From: Capsulimonadaceae bacterium
Lineage (GTDB): Bacteria > Armatimonadota > Armatimonadia > Armatimonadales > Capsulimonadaceae
Direction: 5' to 3'
Length of the DNA stretch: 64,000 nucleotides
NCBI GenBank assembly: GCA_965215505.1
Contig: OZ244065.1
Coordinates: 2,464,001 to 2,528,000, forward strand
The notes beneath the pieces were generated by a model. It was not told where the DNA came from. It was given only the letters and a program-made list of their open reading frames with translations, and did not search any database. The position numbers and the translations under genes were made by a program. Shown piece by piece: positions 36,306-44,282 of the stretch (its first letter is position 1; each line of letters opens with the position of its first letter).

Positions 36306-36713
36306 CTATGGCTTGAGCCAGTTGTCGCGGGACAGGTTCGGGATGCGCTTGAAGTGGTTCTCGTTGTTGGTCACGCAAACCAACCCGTTCTCCATGGCCG
36401 TAGCAGCAATCAAGATGTCCGCATCCCCGATCAACTGCCCGCGCTGATGCAGATCGCCGTAAATGGCAGCCGCCCGTTGAACCACGGCATCTGTCAGGGG
36501 CAGAACTTCGCTGACCGCACAAAGGCTTTCAAACGCGGTGATCTGAACCAGCGCATTTTTGGCCCTCAGCCCGCGCAGGACTTCATAGCGAGTGATGAGC
36601 GAGAACGTCAGTATCCGGTAGGTCGCCAGGTAGCTGCGCGAGTGCGAGAGCGCAACCGGGTTCTGCTTGATGACGGCCGAGAGTGTGTCCGTGTCCAGCA
36701 AAGCCTTCGGCAT
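36306..36713 (-). CDS. vapC: VapC-family PIN-domain toxin
   Basis: LLDTDTLS, ITRYEVLRG, IGDADILIAATA, VTNNENHFKRIPNL. Confidence 0.93.
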   Translation of the reverse strand: MPKALLDTDTLSAVIKQNPVALSHSRSYLATYRILTFSLITRYEVLRGLRAKNALVQITAFESLCAVSEVLPLTDAVVQRAAAIYGDLHQRGQLIGDADILIAATAMENGLVCVTNNENHFKRIPNLSRDNWLKP

Positions 36714-36961
36714 TAGAAGGACTGCCTCGACCCGGCGAAGTTGCTCCGGTCAAGGGCGATCTTCTCCACGTCCGTGACTTCCTGCTCCGACAGCCCTGCA
36801 TACACCTGGGCTGCAAGCCCCAAAATCTCGTCCGGCGTCATCTTGGGCGCGACGAAGAGGCTCCGCAGGCTGTCCGAAACAAGCCGCTCTGGGGTTGTCC
36901 CTTCCCGTTGGGCCTGCTCCGCAACGGCGTTCTCTAGCTCAGGAGTGAGTGTAATGGTCAT
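36713..36961 (-). CDS. putative antitoxin (RHH-like)
   Basis: 82 aa, TAATG-coupled to vapC; MTITLTPELENAVAEQAQREGTTPE. Confidence 0.8.
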   Translation of the reverse strand: MTITLTPELENAVAEQAQREGTTPERLVSDSLRSLFVAPKMTPDEILGLAAQVYAGLSEQEVTDVEKIALDRSNFAGSRQSF

Positions 36962-37076
36962 CAGTCAGGTTTCCTCTGCATCTACTGTATCCGGTCGCCC
37001 TTGCTCCTGTTGCACACCTCGCACGCAACTCCACGTTCCGCGCCGTGTTGCTGTTGCAAGTGAGAGAGGGGCAATG

Positions 37077-37493
37077 TTACAGGCTCAAAGGCACCAAATC
37101 AGCCTGCCAAATATCTAGGGTGCGGAATATTGGCAAGGCTTCACCTCGTAGAACGGTCCAGCCTTCCGGTAATTCGCTCGTTCCCATATGAAAATCCAGG
37201 CGCTCAGCAAATTCGAGTGACACTGCTACCTGAGCCAAGGCTGGGCAGGCTTGGAAATGCGACGGGAAGAACGCTATACAAGCATCAAGCAGAGCATAGG
37301 GGTTGTCAGACCCGGCTGGGATGATTGTCTCAATCTTCCCAATTGGCTTTATGGTCTGGTCAAAGTAATGCACTTGAAGCCATTGTCGGTCTGAGTTGCC
37401 GACTAAGATCTGGAAGAAGATCGGGTTAACACCATCTGCTCCCTGGAAGCCACCTAAGCCTCCAACACAATAAATCTTGGAAAATCCTGCCAT
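37077..37493 (-). CDS. hypothetical protein (partner of HEPN fusion)
   Basis: AAGGAG RBS before MAGFSKIY; 28 bp after upstream gene; AT-richer than flanks. Confidence 0.7.
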   Translation of the reverse strand: MAGFSKIYCVGGLGGFQGADGVNPIFFQILVGNSDRQWLQVHYFDQTIKPIGKIETIIPAGSDNPYALLDACIAFFPSHFQACPALAQVAVSLEFAERLDFHMGTSELPEGWTVLRGEALPIFRTLDIWQADLVPLSL

Positions 37494-37521
37494 CAAAGCT
37501 CCTTTAGAACCGCTAGCCTTT

Positions 37522-38385
37522 TCAACCAAAGGGGCTTTTATTCTGTTCCGCGCCGCTCTCTGCAAACGCCTTGTCTAGAGTGTACCGGAATATCTTCAAC
37601 AATTCCTCTAGAGAGGCATTGATCCGCTCATAGTCCCGCACGACGCCCTTACCACGATGCGTGATATTAGAGCGTATCTGATAGTAGTATTCCAGGGACT
37701 TCTTTGGATTGCTAGGATCAAGTAACGCCTTCTTATCAGGCTGATCCGCTCGAAAAACGATACGATCTTCGGTGACAAAGCGTTTTAGAGCCTCAGCAAA
37801 AGCTAGCTCGCCAGCTAGAGCATTTATTTTAGGCATCACCTTATCGCCCAAGTGGTATCGGAGCGACACATAGCGCTCAATGGCTGACCACAACAACAGG
37901 TAGGCCATCTGTAGCCGAAACAGGGGCTTCAGGTCCCACTCAAAGACGGCGTTAGCCTGTAGAGTCTCATCTATTACTTCCAAGGCAGCCGTAAACAACG
38001 GATCATTTCTGCCATCCCATTCCTCATCCTCAAAGGGGATGCTTCCCTTTGTGGGGCTTCTACCGAACAACACGTTAACGTCTGTGCCCTGAACTGATGC
38101 AACACCCCAATAGTAATGCTTGTCAGGCTCGATTTCGGCAATTCTTCGATAAGCGGCCTCAACAGCCTCGGGTTTGAAGGTAAGTATGATGCCGATACAA
38201 GTGCCTGAGTGTCTAGGCTTTTGATTGATTATGGGAAGACCGTCCCGAATTAGCAACTCGCCCTTGATTTCACAACCTGGTTTTGTCTCCACAACCAAAT
38301 CTTTTAAGCGAAGGTAGCCAAGTTGGCCTGGCTTGAATATACCGTATGCGAAAAAGGGGTTGGTTATGTCAGGTGGATTATCCAT
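37522..38385 (-). CDS. gamma-glutamylcyclotransferase-like N-domain fused to HEPN-like C-domain
   Basis: FFAYGIFKPGQ (GGCT/AIG2-like F.YG.LK.G) ... AYLLLWSAIERY ... YQIRSNITHRGK (RxxxxH); own TATAAT and GAGG RBS. Confidence 0.7.
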   Translation of the reverse strand: MDNPPDITNPFFAYGIFKPGQLGYLRLKDLVVETKPGCEIKGELLIRDGLPIINQKPRHSGTCIGIILTFKPEAVEAAYRRIAEIEPDKHYYWGVASVQGTDVNVLFGRSPTKGSIPFEDEEWDGRNDPLFTAALEVIDETLQANAVFEWDLKPLFRLQMAYLLLWSAIERYVSLRYHLGDKVMPKINALAGELAFAEALKRFVTEDRIVFRADQPDKKALLDPSNPKKSLEYYYQIRSNITHRGKGVVRDYERINASLEELLKIFRYTLDKAFAESGAEQNKSPFG

Positions 38386-38413
38386 GTTTTCCTCTAGGTC
38401 CCATTATACCACC

Positions 38414-38453
38414 AAAAAGAAGGGGGCAAGCTGCTGGTACAGCCTGCCCCCTC
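38414..38453 (-). terminator. ppdK terminator
   Basis: AGGGGGCAGGCTG-tacca-GCAGCTTGCCCCCT followed by T-tract on minus strand. Confidence 0.75.
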
Positions 38454-38468
38454 CGTCACGTCACGACC

Positions 38469-41144
38469 CTAGCGGTCGCGGTTGCTGCCGCCGTCCTTGA
38501 GGTTGGCCTGGGCCGCCGCCAGGCGCGCGATGGGGACGCGGTAGGGGGAGCAGGAGACGTAGTTCAGGCCGATCTTGTGGCAGAAGGCGACCGAGGCCGG
38601 CTCGCCGCCGTGCTCGCCGCAGATGCCCAGCTTGATGTTCGGGCGGACCTTCTTGGCGAGTTCGACGCTGATCTCCATCAGCTTGCCGACGCCGTTCTGG
38701 TCGATGGACTCGAAGGGGTCGCCGGGGAGGATCTTCTGGGCGACGTAGGGCTTCAGGAACTTGTCCGAGTCGTCGCGGCTGAACCCGAAGGTCATCTGCG
38801 TCAGGTCGTTGGTGCCGAACGAGAAGAACTCGGCCTCCTCAGCGATCTCGTCCGAGGTCAGGGCGGCGCGCGGGATCTCGATCATGGTCCCGAACATGTA
38901 GTCGATGGTTTCGCCGTGCGATTCGGTGACTTGCTTGGCGACCCGCTCCAGGTTGGTGCGGACGGCCTTCAGCTCGTTGACGTGGCCGACGAGCGGGATC
39001 ATGATCTCCGGGTGCGGGTCCGCGCCGTTCTTCTTGGCGGCGATGGCCCCTTCCAGGATGGCGCGCGTCTGCATCTCGACGATGCCGGGGAAGACGATGG
39101 ACAGACGGCAGCCGCGCAGGCCCATCATGGGGTTGATCTCGTGCATCCCCTCCACCTTGTGCAGCAGGTCGGCCTTCTCGGCAAGCTCGGGGCTGTCCGG
39201 CGAGGTGGCCTTGAGCGTGGCGACCTCGGCGATGAGCGAGTCCATGGAGGGCAGGAACTCGTGCAGGGGCGGGTCAATCAGGCGGATGGTGGCGGGGCGG
39301 CTGCCGAGGGCTTCAAAGATGCCCTGGAAGTCGTTGCGCTGGAAGGGCAGCAGGGCGTCAAGCTGGACCTTGCGGTCCTCCTCGGTGGCGGCCAGGATCA
39401 TGGCCTGGACGATGGGGCGGCGGTCCTCGGCGAAGAACATATGCTCCGTGCGGCACAGGCCGACGCCTTCCGCGCCGAACTTGATGGCGAGGGCCACGTC
39501 TTCGGGCGTGTCCGCATTGGTGCGGACGCCCAGACGCTTGACGTCGTCGGCCCAGCCCAGTAGGGTGCCGAACTCGCCGGTCATCTCGGGGTCCACGACT
39601 TCGACGGTCCCGTCAATGACTTCGCCCAGGGTGCCGTTCAGGGAGATCGGGTCGCCCTCGTTGATGGTCTTGCCGTTGACGGTGAACGAGCGCGGGCCGA
39701 CGGAGATGTCGGAGCAGCCGGCGACGGTGGGGATGCCAAAGCCGCGTGCGACCAGGGCCGCGTGGCTGGTCATGCCGCCGCGCTCGGTCAGGACGCCCTC
39801 GGCGGCCAGCATCCCCTTGAGGTCGTCGGGGGAGGTGTCGGCGCGAACCAGAATGACGCGCTTGCCCTCGCCGCCCTTGCCCATCTCGGCGGCGCGGGTG
39901 GCGTCGAAGACGGCGACGCCGGTGGCCGCGCCCGGCCCGGCGGGAAGGCCGGTCGCGAGCAGGGTGTACTTGGCGCCCGGCTTGATGATCGGGTGCAGGC
40001 ACTGGTCAAGAAGCTCGGGGTTGATGCGGGCGAGCGCGGTCTCCTTGGAAATCAGGCCCTCGTTGACGAGGTCCACGGCGATCTTGACGGCGGCAGGCCC
40101 GGTGCGCTTGCCCGAGCGGCACTGGAGGATGAACAGCTTGTTGTGCTCGATGGTGAACTCGATGTCCTGCATGTCCTTGTAGTGCAGCTCCAGGCGGGAA
40201 CAGATCTCGTCGAACTGGCGGTACATCTCGGGGTTTTGGGTCTTGAGTTGGGAGATGGGCATGGGGGTGCGGACGCCCGCAACGACGTCCTCGCCCTGGG
40301 CGTTCATCAGGTACTCGCCGAAGACCTCTTTGTTGCCGTCGGAGGCGTTGCGGGTGAAGGCGACGCCGGTGCCGCAGTCCTCGCCCTGGTTGCCGAAGAC
40401 CATGCTCTGGATGTTGACGGCGGTGCCCAGATCATCGCTGATCTTCTCGCGCTGCCGGTACAGGATGGCGCGGTCGTTGTTCCAGGACTTCCAGACGGCG
40501 GCGACGGAGTCCTGAAGCTGGACGATGGGGTCCTGGGGGAACTCGTGGCCGGCATTCGTCTTGATGTGGGCCTTGTAGGTCTCGCAGAGCTGCTTCAGAT
40601 GCTCGCCGTTGACCTGAAGGTCGTCGGTGACGCCGAGGTCCTTCTTCATGGCGTAGAAGATGTGTTCGAAGTCGTGCTTGGCGAGGTGGTTGGTGCCGTC
40701 GGAGTAGGCGACGTCCGAGAGCATCATCAGGAAGCGCCGGTAGCTGTCATAGACGAACCGCTCGTTGCCGGTGAGCTTGATCAGCCCTTCCACGGTGGCA
40801 TCGTTGAGGCCGAGGTTCAGGACGGTGTCCATCATGCCGGGCATGGAGAACTTGGCACCCGAGCGGACCGAGACGAGCAGCGGGTTTGATGCGTCGCCCA
40901 GCTTCTTGCCGGTCTTGGTCTCGACGGCGGCCAGGGCGGCCTTGATCTCGTCCATCAGGCCGTCGGGGAAGTGCCCGCCGTTCTTGGTGTACTCGTTACA
41001 GGTGTCGGTCGTGATGGTGAAGCCGGGGGGGACGGGCAGCCCGATGTTGCTCATCTCGCAAAGGTTCGCGCCCTTGCCTCCCAGTTCATCACGCATCGTT
41101 GCGTTGCCCTCTTCAAAGAGCCACACGCGCTTGGTGTCTGACAT
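38469..41144 (-). CDS. ppdK: pyruvate, phosphate dikinase
   Basis: LGGKGANL, SVRSGA.SMPGMMDT, GGMTSHAA phospho-His, GLCRTEHMF, FSFGTNDLTQ, GICGEHGG. Confidence 0.98.
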   Translation of the reverse strand: MSDTKRVWLFEEGNATMRDELGGKGANLCEMSNIGLPVPPGFTITTDTCNEYTKNGGHFPDGLMDEIKAALAAVETKTGKKLGDASNPLLVSVRSGAKFSMPGMMDTVLNLGLNDATVEGLIKLTGNERFVYDSYRRFLMMLSDVAYSDGTNHLAKHDFEHIFYAMKKDLGVTDDLQVNGEHLKQLCETYKAHIKTNAGHEFPQDPIVQLQDSVAAVWKSWNNDRAILYRQREKISDDLGTAVNIQSMVFGNQGEDCGTGVAFTRNASDGNKEVFGEYLMNAQGEDVVAGVRTPMPISQLKTQNPEMYRQFDEICSRLELHYKDMQDIEFTIEHNKLFILQCRSGKRTGPAAVKIAVDLVNEGLISKETALARINPELLDQCLHPIIKPGAKYTLLATGLPAGPGAATGVAVFDATRAAEMGKGGEGKRVILVRADTSPDDLKGMLAAEGVLTERGGMTSHAALVARGFGIPTVAGCSDISVGPRSFTVNGKTINEGDPISLNGTLGEVIDGTVEVVDPEMTGEFGTLLGWADDVKRLGVRTNADTPEDVALAIKFGAEGVGLCRTEHMFFAEDRRPIVQAMILAATEEDRKVQLDALLPFQRNDFQGIFEALGSRPATIRLIDPPLHEFLPSMDSLIAEVATLKATSPDSPELAEKADLLHKVEGMHEINPMMGLRGCRLSIVFPGIVEMQTRAILEGAIAAKKNGADPHPEIMIPLVGHVNELKAVRTNLERVAKQVTESHGETIDYMFGTMIEIPRAALTSDEIAEEAEFFSFGTNDLTQMTFGFSRDDSDKFLKPYVAQKILPGDPFESIDQNGVGKLMEISVELAKKVRPNIKLGICGEHGGEPASVAFCHKIGLNYVSCSPYRVPIARLAAAQANLKDGGSNRDR

Positions 41145-41235
41145 TCGTTTCTCCTCTAGTGTCGTACTTTAGCTTGTCATCTTGTTTGTCGTGAGTTCGT
41201 TTTCGCAAAATCGTAAGGTTTCGGGCCGCACTGAC

Positions 41236-41569
41236 CTACAGCGGCTCAATGCTCACAATGCCGCCGTCTCGGCCCTGAAATTGTACATCGCTGTCTTCCA
41301 GCAGTGTCATCCCAATCAAGGGCTCGCCTTCCAGTGCTAGCACTTCGACATCGCGTTCCTCGCCATCCCAAAGCAGCGCCACTTGGTAGACTTCCAATAA
41401 CAGCGGACTACCATCTGCCAAACCAGCGGGTTGAAGGCACAGGAATGGCAGTGCAAGTTTCGCACAAGCCTCTGGAGCAAGCGTAGCAACACCTAAATCC
41501 ACTGTCCAACACGAACTCGACATCCGCCGTTTGCCCCTCGGGACCAGAAAGGACAAGCCCTGTAATCAC
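41236..41569 (-). pseudogene. clan AA (retropepsin-like) aspartic protease, frameshifted
   Basis: GTG 41569 frame reads MITG...EFVLDSGF; continuation GVATL...LADGS...WDGEERDVEV...PLIGMTLL is in another frame. Confidence 0.7.
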
Positions 41570-41832
41570 TGTTTGGTCAGTCTCGGGCCGCTGATGCTCT
41601 CAACGAAAGGAAAGCCTACGCGGATGCCGTACAACGCTGCTCCCGGACGCTTGGCGAGGGCACGCTTATTGGCCGCCAGCGAGTCAGGCCTGATCTCGTA
41701 CTCGCCTGACTCGATATCAATGATCACGGCTTGGCCTTTGTATTCTTTTTCTAGTTGGCCGCGCAGGCGGGAGGCATAGATCTCCTCACCCCGCCGTGCG
41801 ATCTCTTCGTTTGTAAAGCGTGGGTGCGGCAT
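41566..41832 (-). CDS. small protein typically upstream of clan AA proteases (DUF5678-like)
   Basis: EEIARRGEEIY...GQAVIIDIESGEYEI...YGIRVG; GTGA overlap with protease. Confidence 0.75.
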   Translation of the reverse strand: MPHPRFTNEEIARRGEEIYASRLRGQLEKEYKGQAVIIDIESGEYEIRPDSLAANKRALAKRPGAALYGIRVGFPFVESISGPRLTKQ

Positions 41833-41874
41833 GACTTGTTTTCCCTCCCCAGGAGTGGGTTCGTTTTGACAATT

Positions 41875-42195
41875 TCAGGCGTTTGCCGTAGCGAGTTCCC
41901 GTCCCTGCTTCTGGGCAGCCTCACCGCGCTTCATGTTCTCGTCGAAGTTCCGGGTCAAGCCCTGAAAGCCGTCGAAGGCTTCTTCAATGCCTTGCAAATG
42001 GCGGCGGAAGAGCGACGGCGTTTCTTCCCCGTCTTCCGCATGGAAGTCGTTCATCAGCATGAACCCGAGGGCGTCCGCATGGTCGAGTATCCGCGCTAAG
42101 ACCTGTGGGTCAGTGTTTTTGTACCCCACGTAGCGCGTGAAGGTGATTACCCTATGAATCGCTCGAATACCGCTGTCGAAAAAGTTCGGGTTCAT
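41875..42195 (-). CDS. hypothetical helical protein (possible immunity protein)
   Basis: GGAGG RBS before MNPNFF; overlaps upstream gene end. Confidence 0.6.
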   Translation of the reverse strand: MNPNFFDSGIRAIHRVITFTRYVGYKNTDPQVLARILDHADALGFMLMNDFHAEDGEETPSLFRRHLQGIEEAFDGFQGLTRNFDENMKRGEAAQKQGRELATANA

Positions 42196-42481
42196 CTTCT
42201 GCGACCTCCACATCCGCGACAGGCGTACCAAAATTTCCCGGCTTGATGATAATCGGCGGCAGGGGATCACCGCGCTGGGTCATCCGGTAGATCACGCCCC
42301 AACTTGCCCCGCGTGGGCCGTTGTCCTCAATCAAGGGCTTCGGCGACAAGAGGGAAGAGATCGCGACCTGTATGATCTCGTCTTCGCCATCAATCCGGGC
42401 GGCGATCATCTCGTGGCCGCAGCGCAGAGCCGCTTTGGCACGCCGAACTCCCTCCACGATCTCATAGGTCATTTCGCCCAT
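42152..42481 (-). CDS. small ParB/Srx-like protein, apparently circularly permuted
   Basis: YEIVEGVRRAKAALRCG...IAA at N-terminus; VAISSLLSP and LPPIII downstream. Confidence 0.6.
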   Translation of the reverse strand: MGEMTYEIVEGVRRAKAALRCGHEMIAARIDGEDEIIQVAISSLLSPKPLIEDNGPRGASWGVIYRMTQRGDPLPPIIIKPGNFGTPVADVEVAEDEPELFRQRYSSDS

Positions 42482-42752
42482 CCTGGACCTTCCGCTGCGC
42501 CGAGGGTCATTCGCCCCAGTATTGGCGTATCAAACCGACCTTTAGTATACCTGAGAATGGCGGCGGGCGGCAAGGGGAGGGAGAAAACTTGGACGCGGGT
42601 GTCGAACAAAGCCCCTGCCGCGTTAGAGGCAAAAATAAAACGGGTATAGGCACATGCGTTCGCTTTTGTGCCTGATGGTCAAGTCGGCGGACGACTAGAG
42701 AGGCTGAACAGTGGGGATAACCCGTTCAGCGGAGCGGTGCCGCTCCGACTAT

Positions 42753-43571
42753 ATGACAAACCCTTTCGAGAGTGAATTGGCCGGCGCGAACAGCGCATAC
42801 TTGAGGTTCCATGATGGGCGGCTGACCCGAGCGGGCAAGACGGAGTGCCCAGCCTCTGACTTCGAGGAGGAGGTACACGCGGAGTTCCGGGCGCGGCTCC
42901 TGGACGCGCGCTTCTCCTGCGTCGGGGCGCGGGCGGCGGTGAACAGCGGCGTATACCGCCTGGGCGTCTATGGTGACATGACCGACAGCGGCGCGCTGGC
43001 GGGGCTGGCGCGGGACCTGTTCACCTTCACCCAGGAGCAGCCAGCCTTAGGCAGCGACTTTACGACGTTCGCGGCGAGCTTCGCCGGGCCAGCGGGGATG
43101 GACGAGGCGGAGTTTGAAGAAAACCTTTGGGCGGTCCTGCAAACGCTGTACGACGTGGACCGGCTGTACAATCCGCCGGACCCGAAGGTGGCGGAAGACC
43201 CCGAGGCCGGCGACTTCGGCTTCAGCTTCGCCGGGCGCGGCTTCTTCGTAATCGGTTTGCACCCGGACTCGTCGCGCCTGGCGCGGCGGTTTCCGTGGCC
43301 GACATTGGTGTTCAACGCCCACGCGCAGTTCGACCGGCTGAAGGCTGACGGGCGCTACCCGAGGATGCAGGCGGCGATCCGGGGGCGCGAGATGGCCTGG
43401 CAGGGGAGCTTGAACCCAAACCTGAGCGATTTCGGCATCCGCTCCGAGGCGCGTCAGTACTCCGGGCGGGCCGTGGAGGAGGACTGGCGTTGCCCGTTCC
43501 ACACGCACGCGGCGAAGCAGGCGGGGGTGCCGGAGCCGGGCGAAGACGAGTGGTTGAAAACCACTCGCTAG
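42753..43571 (+). CDS. YqcI/YcgG-family heme-dependent N-hydroxylase (GntA/DcsA-like)
   Basis: FSCVGARAA, FSFAGRGFFVIGLHPDSSRLARRF, VFNAHAQF, SEARQYSGR, WRCPF. Confidence 0.85.
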   Translation: MTNPFESELAGANSAYLRFHDGRLTRAGKTECPASDFEEEVHAEFRARLLDARFSCVGARAAVNSGVYRLGVYGDMTDSGALAGLARDLFTFTQEQPALGSDFTTFAASFAGPAGMDEAEFEENLWAVLQTLYDVDRLYNPPDPKVAEDPEAGDFGFSFAGRGFFVIGLHPDSSRLARRFPWPTLVFNAHAQFDRLKADGRYPRMQAAIRGREMAWQGSLNPNLSDFGIRSEARQYSGRAVEEDWRCPFHTHAAKQAGVPEPGEDEWLKTTR

Positions 43572-43607
43572 GAAAGGCGTCCTTCGGACGGCGGAAAGAA
43601 GTCAGAC

Positions 43608-44207
43608 ATGGAGCCGATAAGATGCTATCATTTGGAACCACAGACGGGGGTCGGGTTTCGCTTGGACAGGGGGCAGAGGCTGCGGATCATTGACCCGCAG
43701 GGGGAGCAGGTTTCAGACCTCGTCGCCTTCGCGCGGGACGACAAGCGGGAGTGGATGTCATCCGGGCGCTCGATAGATTATGCCAATACGATCTATCTGA
43801 CGAGCGGACATGTCCTGTATTCCAACCGCAGCCGGCCGATGTTCACGCTGCTGGAGGACAAAGTCGGGCGGCACGACTTCCTGCTGACGTCGTGCAGCCC
43901 GGAGACGTTCCAGATCATCTACGGCAACCACGACCCGCACCCGAGCTGCTTCGGCAACCTGTCTAAGAACCTCGCGCCGCTCGGCATACTGCCCGACGAG
44001 ATCCCGACGACGTTCAACGTCTTCATGAACGTCCTGGTCGCGCCCGACGGCGAGCTGACCATCGGGCCGCCGACCTCAAAGGCGGGAGACTATCTGGATC
44101 TGCGGGCCGAAATGGACCTAATCGTGGGGGTGACTGCCTGTTCGGCGGAGATGAGTAACAACTACTCGTTCAAGCCGATTGACGTAGAAGTCTACGCGGG
44201 GGATTAA
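43608..44207 (+). CDS. urea carboxylase-associated DUF1989 family protein
   Basis: GQRLRIIDPQGEQVSDL, LYSNRSRPM, GRHDFL..C, SCFGNL, FNVFMNV, LRAEMDLIVGVTACS. Confidence 0.92.
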   Translation: MEPIRCYHLEPQTGVGFRLDRGQRLRIIDPQGEQVSDLVAFARDDKREWMSSGRSIDYANTIYLTSGHVLYSNRSRPMFTLLEDKVGRHDFLLTSCSPETFQIIYGNHDPHPSCFGNLSKNLAPLGILPDEIPTTFNVFMNVLVAPDGELTIGPPTSKAGDYLDLRAEMDLIVGVTACSAEMSNNYSFKPIDVEVYAGD

Positions 44208-44282
44208 GAAGGGATTAGGAAAAGGCGCTAGGAATCGGAGGAAGGCGCGGCGAACTACTTCCTGACCCCACCGTCCCAGACG

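Noticed and set aside
38346-40889. Long plus-strand ORFs opposite ppdK (and similar shadows opposite SPL, GH, melA, PrsW)
   Set aside because: Antisense or alternate-frame artefacts of high-GC coding sequence
42640-42750. Known guanidine-I/II/III riboswitch
   Set aside because: Consensus motifs not found by eye; kept only as an unassigned structured leader
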